In this document: positions 14,946-25,660 of the stretch, in pieces
How the letters are laid out: each line of letters opens with the position of its first letter
Numbering within the stretch: position 1 is the first letter of the stretch
Assembly: GCF_001186125.1 (NCBI RefSeq)
Contig: NW_014040535.1
Span: 158,588 to 196,452, forward strand
Reading direction: 5' to 3'
Origin: Sphaeroforma arctica JP610
Lineage: Eukaryota
DNA: 37,865 nucleotides
Program-made: the position numbers and the translations under genes
Notes under the pieces: generated by a model
What the model was told of the DNA's origin: nothing
Database searches by the model: none
The model's input: only the letters and a program-made list of their open reading frames with translations

Positions 14946-17470
14946 ATGGGTTTATTACAGAATTTTAGTAATTCTGCATTTGCTAGGATTTTTGAGATAC
15001 ATCTTTTTGGCGACCTGGTAATCATGTGGTCATATTGTGTTCATGGCCCTAACTCAAACAAATCCGAGACACTGACAGACTCATAGGGCATAGTTGTACA
15101 GCGATCGTATACTAATAGGTCATGGAGAGAATCAGTTGTTCTATTCTTATCTTTGTAGCTTGCAAACTTATGCTGGTCGAAATACGAGGGGATCAATTCA
15201 CGTTTTGCTCCAACAAACAATCAAGTACGACAATCAGGGAGTACCAAACCAAATAGTCGAATGTTTCGTATCGATTTATTGATGCCAGGAAAAACCTGCT
15301 GAGCTCTCCAAGGGTCCAAATCATAGCGAAAGACTGTGTGTCGTTCCTGGCATCAATATGATTAAGTAGTAATACACCTATTAATATTAATGTTTTTAGA
15401 TCAAACTCGCGGCTTGGAGACAAGTCGTTGTTCTACCCCAGACCATATCAAAAAAAAAGAGCGTATGTATAGTAAATTTTCTACCCGCGCTTACATCAAT
15501 TCCTCGCATCTAGTACGCAAGATGGGTGTCACTAGATTCTTAGAGTACTTAACGGTCGATGGCTTGTCTAGTACGAAACAGAAGACGGCTTCCACACACA
15601 TAAATCACCTGGGGCCACTTGTAGAAAATAAACACTATTTTATTGATGCTTAATCACTGTTACATCTTGCGTTGACACGCTGCACACGTAATAGTTTTTT
15701 GAATGCATATGAGCTTGCTGGTGGAATACACAACTTAACACCCGAGAAAATCAAGACATGTAAGCTGTGCGCTAATACCTGTACGAATATCCTTGGATAT
15801 TCGCATCTTCTCTTAGATAGAAATATGCCGCTAGCTAAAGCAAATGAACGAAATGAACATCTTAGAGATGAACGCCTTAGAGCTGCGTGCAAGGAACAGT
15901 TGCTACAAAGAAATGTACCAAGTGTTGGTCTAGTGCGTGTAATACAACTTAGGACTAAACAAAGGTTGCAATCGGTTTTTGTAAAACATTGAAGTGCGAA
16001 TATTGGGTTGCACCGTACGAAGCAGATGCACAGCTCGTACATATTTGTCGAGAATCAGAGGTGAACAGTTTTGGTGCAGCTGTCGACTCCAATTTTTCTG
16101 TGTATGAAGGTGGTGTACATATTTGTTTCTCACTAGCCACTGAGACCGCGAAAGATTCACCATCATTCAAGGTGCCCATACTTACTGGTGAACAGCCAAA
16201 TATATTTCTAGAGAATAACAAAGGATTGACTGATACATTATTTATGGCGCGTACGCCACTTGCATAGTGCTAGAGGGCCGTTGCATAGATTAAGAATCGA
16301 CACTGCGGTGGAGATTGTGAAATTGCATCTTGATGAGTATGGCACGGCAACTCAGAATGAGGATGTTCTAGTAGCGTTGCGCGTTCGAGCTTAGGCGACA
16401 TTGAATTCGAGAAGTGCGAATACGCTGTCATACAGGCATTGCATGCATATAAATACGCATGGGTATTCGACAAGGTAGGAACCATTTGCATATCACTAGG
16501 CATGTGTTGATGAGTCTTCTAATACGGATGTCAATATATCTGTTGTCAAGATAGTTTAGCTATTGCATATTGTTCAGGAGAGATTAAACCCCTCACTCAT
16601 ACTCGAAAGGGCAATAATTGCCCTTTATGGTATATGTCCATTTCCAGAAAGCGTTAAAAATACACAAACAACAATAGAAAAGAAAAGATGGTATTCCAAA
16701 GAATGTTATGCTTGATTATTTAGGTATTCCCACTTACGAAAAAAGTCAGAACCGTACTGCCGTGCACATTCCAAAAACTGATAAAAACTACACTACCCAC
16801 GGATGCTAAGAATGCTTGTAAATACAAGTGGATGGATATCACAGTATTGACTGCCTGCGCTCAAGCAACCGGCGATGTGACAGCTACAGCACGCGTGCCT
16901 CGTACTCAGAATACAACTCTGATGGAAGCGTATGCAATATTAAAGGTCGGTGAGGACAAGCAAGTTTATAGATGGAAAAGATTTTGAATTTGTCAGTTAG
17001 ATTTGTAAGAGACTGTGTACACGCGGCGGCACTAATATGGATCGTGTCTCAGCAAGCTGTATGGGCACGTGTGAACGAATTGAAGCGCTTATAATTCGAT
17101 TCTAAGGTGCAGCGTAGACAATGCACAAACAAGGGTCATCCGGAATTGAGCTGTGCACAAAACAATATGTGTAAGTGGATAGTGCCAACCGGTATTTTGG
17201 CTGAAGATATTTGTACGACACCCACACTCCTTGTGATTGAAGCCCCTCACACTATCGCATAGGGATAGTATTATTTATTTCAATTCGCATAGCGCCAAGA
17301 AAATCTAATTGCGTGAGTTAAGTCATGCGTATATCTTCGCAAATAAAGCAAGTTCGGGATAGCCTAAAGCCAAAACAACCACGCCGTGTACGCCTAGAAT
17401 CATTGTCTACAGTAAGTATACAGATGCTACTATTCACTGACACGACAGCCGAGTTTTGGAGTGCACGTAT
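14946..17470 (+). pseudogene. Accessory gene of element A: EXO1/XPG(FEN1)-like nuclease plus SWIM-type region; last codons at 25561-25615, beyond the LTR element
   Basis: XPG-I motif EYWVAPYEADAQLVHI...AVDSNFSVY (VAPYEADAQL at 16007-16036). Weaker EXO1-like segments are LQTYAGR (~15160) and ALHAYKYAWVFD (~16437-16472). These are followed by MLDYLGIPTYEK..RTAVHI, KWMDI, MEAYAIL, CVHAAALIW (17014), SCAQNNMCKW and TTAEFW, all matching the accessory protein of element B. Frameshifts and stops are present, and the start at 14946 is tentative. Confidence 0.7.
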
Positions 17471-18019
17471 TGTAGAAATACGGCCTCCGGTCAGTTTAAA
17501 ATATCAAGATCAAATGAGATAACACGTTGGTTTTTATTCCAATATTTCTAAAGTGTTCTAAATTCACTTTGATGGCTCCAATAGCCTGAGTCTGGTATGA
17601 CTCATTTACTTGGACCTATTTGAGACGATAATAGATGTAGGAACTAAATTTCATAATCTCTGAACTACTACTTACAGGTTTTGGTCTTCCCGCCAATCTC
17701 CAAAATCCAACAAGAATTTTTCTTTTTTTACTTTTCTTCAGATGGAACTTTATTTATATTAGCTAATGTATTAACTTGACTTACGTTCTTATGTCTATCT
17801 ACAAATTAGACATGTGGTCATGAACACTTAGTACTTCTAGTGAAGATTATTCAATAAAGAACAGCTAGAGGTACGTCCTGTGTGATCGAGTATATTAAGG
17901 CTCTTACCAAGAGGCAGTCCCGATCATTCTTATACCACTGCTAAATCCTAACTGACTTACATTATATCTTAGTTTGTATAACATAGTTTAAAACATAGAA
18001 ATATCCATCGAAGTTTACA
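17471..18019 (+). repeat. 5' LTR (549 bp)
   Basis: tgtagaaatacggcc...gaagtttaca, a direct repeat of 24957-25556; AATAAA at ~17853. Confidence 0.97.
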
Positions 18020-18207
18020 TATATTTCAGTTATTTAGTAGTTACCGTAGTGTACTGCTTCTAGACTGTCTAACAATTGCTTACTATCCAGCGCCAGGACT
18101 GTAAATATTCTATACTACCTCATAGTGGCTAGTACTACCCTAAAGTTAGCTACACGCTAGTTACTATACCTAGACTTTATTATTTTTCCTATTCTTGAGC
18201 TATTACT

Positions 18208-20608
18208 ATGCCTAAATGAAATTCAAAAGGCAAGGGACCCGCCAGCTCTAAGCCTGCTAAGCCTGTTGAGGTTCCTGAGGTTACTGGGGACGCTGGTCCG
18301 TCTGGTACTGAGCCTGCCGTTGAAGCTGTAGTGGAAGCCGTTGAAGCTGTAGAGGAAGCCGTTTCTGAGCTTGGTTCTGAGGCAAACTCTGAGGATGACT
18401 CGTCGGACCCTAAAGCCTTGGAAGTGGAGGTCTCAACTGCCGCGGAAAGGCTCACCAGCGTCCGTGTGTCTCTTAGTAGTGCAGCCCAGGGCCTTAGCTC
18501 GCCATCTGACCGCGAAAAGTCAGATATTGGAAAGGCTATGTCTCCTGAACAAGTGGAGGAATCGTCTCGAGATCGACGGTTTATTACTACTAAAAATCAG
18601 CCCAATCCACTTGTTAACAAAGATGGTGGCGTTCCATTTCGTGAAATTTCATTGAATGCCTCGCCACTGAATACCTCGCCACTGAATGCCTCGCCACTGA
18701 ATGTTGGGGCGGAAGACGCAAATGTTGGGGACGCCATAACTAGACAACGAGTGGTTGGATCTTTTCAATCTCGACGCCCTTTGAACCGCAAAGATGTGGA
18801 AGTGGAGGTCGAAGTGGAGGTCTCAACTGCCGCGGAAAGGCTCACCAGCGTCCGTGTGTCTCCTAGTAGTGCAGCCCAGGGCCTCAGCTCGCCATCTGAC
18901 CGCGAAAAGTCAGATATTGGAAAAGCTATATCTCCTGAACAAGTGGAGGAATCGTCTCGAGATCGACGGTTTATTACTACTAAAAATCAGCCCAATCCAC
19001 TTGTTAACAAAGATGGTGGCGTTCCATTTCGTGAAATTTCATTGAATGCCTCGCCACTGAATGCCTCGCCACTGAATGTTGGAGCGGAAGACGCAAATGT
19101 TGGGGACGCCATAACTCGACAACGAGTGGTTGGATCTTCTCAATCTCGACGCCATTTGAACCGCAAAGATGAGCTTTTAAAGGAGCAAGCTGCTGCCGCA
19201 GCTGCTGACCCTTAGATCATATCCCACGTGGCTGATATTCTTCCTATACCGAATATATATATATATATTCCTAGCCGGGTTTCAAATCTGGGACCCACTG
19301 GTTTACCAGCCAGCAGGGTTACCACTGAGCCAGTTACCGCTGGTGAAGTGGGTAAAACTTCAACATCTAATCTCTATAGCTCGGAAGCTACAATCGACCA
19401 TCCTCTCGACAACCCTAACCCTGTCAGAGGCTATGATCGTATGGAAATCGGTGAGGCTTACCACCCTCATAACATCGATCCTCATTTATCGTCTAACCAT
19501 GGTAATCACGACTTTGGTAATCGTTATACCAGTACCTCACTAGAGAGTACCCACTCTAGCTCTGAAGACGAGGAAGTGAGAACCAGACACCATCGTCTCA
19601 GGCTATTACGTTCTGGTATGCAAGTCATTGAGGGCAGTCTATTGAATGACTCTGACCTTGACGATAAGAAGCGGATAACATTTGCTATCTAATCGATAAC
19701 AAGAGAAAGGAGATAGACTCCATCTTGGCACTAGCAACCCGTAGCACTGAGCGTGAGCCTCGTGAACGCTTCGAACCAAGCTTTATAAAGCAGCTAGGTA
19801 ACGCGAAGGCTGAAGTCGATTCTCTACTAATGAGAGTACAGTGGGGACACTGAAGGTCTTTGACCAGCTTAAGGAGTCTGCCAGCCTTAAGGATAAGCAG
19901 ATAATGAATGCCTTTATTCATTTCTATGAGACAGAGGAATGGATAACTATCTTGAAGGCCTATGAGCCCAACTGGAAATCCCTACCCTGGCGCCAGTTGC
20001 GTGAGAATATACGTAACGCCTTCTTTGAATATGCACGTGACCGTGAACTTCTAGAATCTCGCAAGTCCTTTGCGAATGATACTACTATTCGAGGTACTCT
20101 AGCTCGTATGACACATATGAACACTCGGATGGGAGGTCGTACATATACTGCGAATATTTATTAATTTGTCAGATGATGGAGACTCTGGGGGCTAACCTTT
20201 TTAGGAAGGTCAATGATGATATTATCGCCGATGGTGATTTGCGATCTATGCCTTGGTCTGTCTTTGAGATGATAGTTCAAAAGCATACCAACCCATCTAC
20301 TAGAGTACTTAGTACCTCGAAATTTACCCAGCCCGCTAAGCGTACCGCGATAGAAACCTCGCACTACTGCTGGAGGTGGTAAAGGCGCTACATCTACTGA
20401 ACCAAAGGGTGAAAGGAAGGAGAGAGCACCTTGCAAGAAGTGTGGTTACAACCTCACTAAACGTGGTGGCAAGTGGAATGGTAAACACGACTCTGTTAAG
20501 TGTGCACCAGGCAAGCCAAACTTTGGACATTGTATGAAAGAGTGTAATACTTGCAAGGGTACTAACGGTTGGCACAAAGATGATTGCAAGGACATACCGG
20601 ACGTCTAA
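18208..20608 (+). pseudogene. gag: gag-like ORF, disrupted
   Basis: ATG at 18208 (MPK*NSKGKGP) is in frame with ORFs 18331-19215 and 19228-19692. A helical region follows at 19841-20330, then C-terminal Zn-knuckle-like motifs CKKC-x14-H-x4-C and CNTC-x6-H-x3-C (~20432-20587). Several stops and frameshifts are present. Confidence 0.8.
18421..19170 (+). repeat. In-frame ~390-bp tandem duplication in gag with nested 15-bp LNASP repeats
   Basis: EVEVSTAAERLTSVRVS...LNRKD occurs twice (starts 18421 and 18811); there are 3 versus 2 LN(A/T)SP units. Confidence 0.95.
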
Positions 20609-22535
20609 GTTAAGCACTGACAGTTTTATATGTGTGCACTAGAGCAAGATTATGAGAAAAAGTTCAATAAAATCTATACCAAAGGAGATGAACGTATATT
20701 TCAAACCGTTTATGTAAATGGAGAAAAAGTTATAGCACTTTTTGATCCAGGGGCTGAAGTCTCTGTTATCTCGCGCCGAGTAGCCTACGCTACAGATATG
20801 GCTATCCATAACGAAACAACTAATTTAATCTTGGGAAATGGCAAAGTTACCACTTGCGAAGAAGCCATTGACTATGCACACATAATGTTGTCAGATAGAA
20901 GAGAAGTGAAGACTCACCTAATCGTTACTGACATGTCTCAGAAATACGATTTAATTATAGGTATGACTGGTCTTCTCAGTTTAGGTATAACTCTCACTGG
21001 TCTGCCTAATGGACTAGACCCAAATAAAGATCAGTCAGATGATAACATGTTAAAGATACCCAAACCTCCGGAAGGTGAAGCAAAGGATATGATTCCGCAC
21101 TTTACCTATTTAGTTATGGACTTAATTATACAAAACAGGAAGATTGCAATAACTGACTGGTGTATGTTTAAGTTCTCTAACGGGCACGTGAAGCTTGACT
21201 TAACAAACGTCGACTTCTCTAAGTTAAAGTGTCCTTCACATAATTACGTGGGTTGGAGACACAAAGACGTTGTCAAAACCCAAATTGAAGATTGGTTAAA
21301 ACATGGTCTAATTGAAATCAATTATGATGCAATCCCAGTTGACTTAGCTCTGTTAGCGGTTGATCAATATAAATCTGATGGAACGTTTAGTAAAACAAGA
21401 GTAGTACTAGACCTGTCGCCTATCAACAAACTAATTCCGCAACATAGTTTTCCCTTACCAAAGATAAGCGAGATACTACGCAAAATGAAAGGTACGACTA
21501 TCTTTTCCAAGGTATACTTAAAAAGCTGCATTCCATCAATTACAAATATATGAGCCGCATAGGAAATACTATACCTTTACTTGGCAAGGTAAGAAGTACC
21601 AGTTTAAATGTGCACCTGAAGGCTTACACATGTTACCTTCTTTCTTCCAACAAGTTACGATGGAACTATGGACCTGTCGGATAACGTATCACTATATTTA
21701 GATGATATAGTTATCTTTACAAAGACAGCACATGAACATGCTAAACTCGTTAAGGAAGTCTTAAAGCGACTAAACCATGTCAAACTTAAGATTAACGAGG
21801 ACAAGTGTTCTTTTGCTAAAGATACTATACACTTAGTTGATTACAAGGTATCTGCAGCAGGGGTAGAAATTGATACCGGCACGAAACAATTTCTGTTGGA
21901 TTTATGAACACCGATTACTGGAAGAGATGTGAACTCTGTGTGTGTGTTTGTTAACTTCTTCTCAGATTCGGTACCTCATCTTTCTCATTACTTAAAGCCT
22001 TTCAGTCACCTACGGCTGCACAAAGGACCTTTGGGAAAGCTCTGGACTAAAGAATGTGATGATACATTTAAGCTAGTCAAAAGTAAAGTAATGGACGCAT
22101 CCATCATGAAATACCCCGTGGATGGCGTTCCATTCTAAGTAACAACCGACGCTTCAGATCGAGCGGTATGTGGAATGCTATACCAAACGATAAATGGTAA
22201 AGCACGCTACATACAATTCTTTAGCAAGAGTTATAATAAGAGTCAACGGAATTACCCTACCGTTAAACAAGAGCTCCTTGCTATTGTTACTGCGCTAAGA
22301 CAATTTTAAAGACTACCTTTATGGAAGTTACTTCGCTGTCGCCTGTGATCAAAAGTCTTTAACATATTTAAAGGACATGAACCCTGATTCACAGTTGGTG
22401 AGCCGCTGGCATGACATTATTGCTAGCTTCGCTTTTAACATTACACACATACCAGGAATACATAATCATCTTCCTGACATGCTCTCTCGACTTGTCCCTG
22501 ACTACCAGAAAACAGTTATAGAGTTATTAACAACC

Positions 22536-22934
22536 GATTGGAAGCTTAATAAGAAATGGTTTAACCTCGCTCAATCAAGATGGGGTCCATTTACTATTGA
22601 TATGTTCGCCGCAGAACACAACAAACAGGTTTCTGATTATAGGTCGTTGACTTATCCTAATGGTGATGCCTTTCAACTTGACTTATCAAAGCATACTGCG
22701 TGGGCTAACCCACCTCGGCAACTTATCGCACAGTTGTTAAATTATGTTAATATTACTAGATCTACCATTACGCTGTGTTGTCCCTTACGTAGCTCCGACC
22801 CATGGATATGTGATTTAGTTAATATGATACAAGACGAGGCTATCTATGTCGACCGTGAAACCGACACGTTCTTGTATCAGGGATCCTATTCTATTAAGAA
22901 GACACCTTGGAAACACACCACCGTTTGTCGCATC
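22536..22934 (+). other. Dam-like N6-adenine DNA methyltransferase domain within pol
   Basis: DWKLNKKWF...WGPFTIDMFAAEHN (SAM-binding motif), DAFQLD, WANPPR (catalytic NPP[FYW] motif) and LCCPLRSSDPW, in frame directly after the RNase H DMLSR end. Confidence 0.88.
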
Positions 22935-24407
22935 GGTCCTGCTGGTATCACTAAGTGGAAACCCTCAACCGAGTTCTTAGCTAAACTAGAGGAGTCTAAG
23001 GAGTTTGAACAAAAGCTCAAGACTCTTACAACACATGCACCCAACAAGAATGCAGTCGAGGTAATGCCGATTGAGACTGCATTAGATCGTAAAAACATGG
23101 AACTAGCTAAGGCCATGGGTCAAAGACTCAAAGCTCTAAGAGAGCCTGAAGCTCGCACTCAACTACTTAAAGGGCTGCTTAAAGAACAGCCAGGAGTTGC
23201 GAAACAACTGAAGAAGATACTTCAACAATATAGTGTTGTTAATTACGTATCTCAGGAGTCTACCCCTCCTGATACCGAAGTTGCCATATCTAACGGGACT
23301 ATGGTTCATCCAGCCAGCGTTACACAGAATCTGACTGACTTAGAAGAGCTCGAGAGTAGAGTTAAAATATTACATAATTGAACTCATCGAGCATATGAGC
23401 ATACTTATAAGATGGCTATTCGTGCAGGGCTTGATCACCCTGCGCTGAAAGAAACCATACGTGAAGTATACCAACGCTGTGCTGATTGTGAAAAGAATCA
23501 GATCAAGCGCTACGGTTGGGAACCCCTAAAAAGTGTGACAGAAGACCAACCGATGGGCCGAGTCTTGTCGATTTGGTCAAACTCCCTCAATCCAAGCATA
23601 CTGGCGATGCATATATCTGTCATTTCTTATGTGTGGCTTCGGGCTATAACTTGCTTTGTGCAGTACCGAACATACGCCCGCAAACAGTGGCTGAGTTATG
23701 CTATCACGTCTTTAATGACTTCGATTTCCCCCGAGTACTATGTTCTGATAACGGTATTGAGTTTTGTACCGACGTAATGGAGGCACTTATACTCGAATCA
23801 GGCATGACCCATAGGCGTGGTGTTCCTTATAAACCTCAAACGCAGGGTGCAAATGAGACACGTCTTAGAGAACTAAAGAAGCTATTGCATACCACACTAG
23901 ATGACGTTGAGGATATGTGGCCTTATCATTTGAAATGGGTTCAGACTCAAATGAATAACTGCATGAATAACACTCCCGCTTCACTATTTCTTTGGCCGCT
24001 ATAGTGAATTACAAGCAACGTTTGACAAACCTGCGCCTGAGAAACACGATACTCCGTGGCTACAAAAAGATCGAGCATATGCAGAACGTTGTTTACCCCT
24101 ATTTACTCGAGCACAAGAATCGTGTCCTACTTAAAGCGTATGACCGATGAAATAACACTTAAAAAACATTGTTAAGTTCAAAGTTGGCGATTATGTTAAC
24201 ATTATAAATCGCAATGCCAACGTTACCGAACTCTCTTCTAAGACAATTGTACCTTTTGTTATTTCCTACCATGATGAGAAGAGTGATACTTACGAAGTGA
24301 ATAACATAGATGGTACTAACGCAACTAGTTTAGGCACTCACCGTATCCATACCTCCGAACTCTCATTCGCTCGCTCATTTGATTCTGATGACCCAGTTAT
24401 AGAGTCA

Positions 24408-24551
24408 CAAGTCAAAGATATAATTGTCAAAACATCCGAAGACGGTTACACTTACTACAAGACCCGTTTTATGGATGGGACAGTAGCTTGGCTAACCTCC
24501 TATGCGTTTCGCGAATCTCGCGACTTCCTTCGTATTTTTAATAAGAAATGG
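24408..24551 (+). other. Chromodomain-like module at the integrase C-terminus
   Basis: QVKDIIV...GYTYYKTRFMDGTVAWL...FLRIFNKKW resembles the chromo pattern V..Il.......Y.vkW.....tW and sits where chromoviruses carry it; it is divergent. Confidence 0.55.
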
Positions 24552-24956
24552 AATAAGCGTTTACATAAGAATATACGTGATAAACGGAACGTGTTTCCTC
24601 AGGTGACTACAAACCCGGATGGATCTGAAATTCCCTATTTGCCACCTACTTCCTATGTGACTAAACTTTCTGATCTGCTTACCAACAGAGCAGAAAATTC
24701 TTTGAATTTACATACTAATGAAGAACAACTTTTGGCTATTACCTTACCAGGTAATAAACGTAAGGCGCCTACATCGAAAATGGTTACTGGACCAAATACT
24801 AAACGACATAGAGTACAACATGAGTCTTGAACTCGTACATGTAGGCACATACTTACTCGATATGCCATGAACAAAACCGTTTTACTTTGGGTTTCGCTTT
24901 ACGAACTAGATCGTACCTTCACGTACGTCCATAGTCCTAAAAGCCACTGGGGGCTA

Positions 24957-25556
24957 TGTAGAAATACGGCCTCCGGTCAATCTAAAATATCAAGATCAAA
25001 TGAGATAATACATTGGTTTTTATTTGTATTTAAAATAATTTAATACAATTGTTTTTCCCCAATATTTCCAAAGTGTTCTAAATTCACTTTGATGGCTCCA
25101 ATAGCCTGAGTATTTGGTATGACTCATTTACTTGGACCTATTTGAGACGATAGTAGATGTAGAATATTATAAACTAGATTTTATAATCTCTGAACTACTA
25201 CTTACAGGTTTTGGTCTTCCCGCCAATCTCCAAAATCCAATAAGTCTTTCTCTTTTTTAACTTTTCTTCAGATGGAACTTTATTTATATTAGCTAATGTA
25301 TTAACTTGACTTACGTTCTTATGTCTATCTACTAATTAGATATGTGGTCATGAACACTTAGTACTTCTAGTGAAGATTATTCAATAAAGAACAGCTAGAG
25401 GTACGTCCTGTGTGATCGAGGATATTAAGACCCTTACCAAGAGGCAGTCCCGATCATTCTTACACAAGCTACCACTGCTAAATCCTAACTGACTTACATT
25501 GTATCTTAGTTTATATAACATAGTTTAAAACATACAACTATCCATCGAAGTTTACA
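24957..25556 (+). repeat. 3' LTR (600 bp)
   Basis: Direct repeat of the 5' LTR, preceded only by a weak G-run polypurine-tract candidate (ctgggggcta). Confidence 0.97.
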
Positions 25557-25660
25557 GTATGAGACATTGGGTATCGATTACCCATATGACTGCATTTTCC
25601 TCTCTTGATCAATAAAATATTTTGAAATTGATATCGGTGTACACTTTTGTAATATAAAAA

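Larger units (their letters stand above)
20609..24830 (+). pseudogene. pol: pol polyprotein, disrupted: protease, RT, RNase H, Dam-like MTase, integrase, chromodomain-like tail
   Basis: PR: ALFDPGAEVSVI. RT: RVVLDLSPINK...FPLPKISEIL, YLDDIVIF, LKINEDKCSF. RH: VTTDASD...ELLAIV...CDQKSL...HIPGIHNHLPDMLSR. INT: zinc finger H-x3-H...CADC and core DLVKLP...SDNGIEF...PYKPQTQGANE, plus FKVGDYV. Multiple stops and frameshifts. Confidence 0.95.
17471..25556 (+). mobile_element. Full-length Ty3/Gypsy LTR retrotransposon (gag, PR-RT-RH-Dam MTase-INT-chromo-like), decayed
   Basis: Two LTRs bounded by TGTA...TACA, a 4-bp TSD GTAT at 17467-17470 and 25557-25560, and Gypsy domain order PR-RT-RH-INT. Confidence 0.97.

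Noticed and set aside
18208..24830. Alternative genetic code, RNA editing or RIP-like process explaining the in-frame stops
   Set aside because: All three stop types occur together with frameshifts. Any stop can be read as a C-to-T change, so this is not diagnostic, and ordinary decay suffices.
18189..24874. Antisense and alternate-frame ORFs inside the Gypsy element
   Set aside because: They are shadows of gag/pol with no independent motifs.
17471..25556. DIRS/tyrosine-recombinase element, suggested by the MTase
   Set aside because: It has direct TG..CA LTRs, a TSD, a protease and a DDE integrase, and no tyrosine recombinase motifs were seen.
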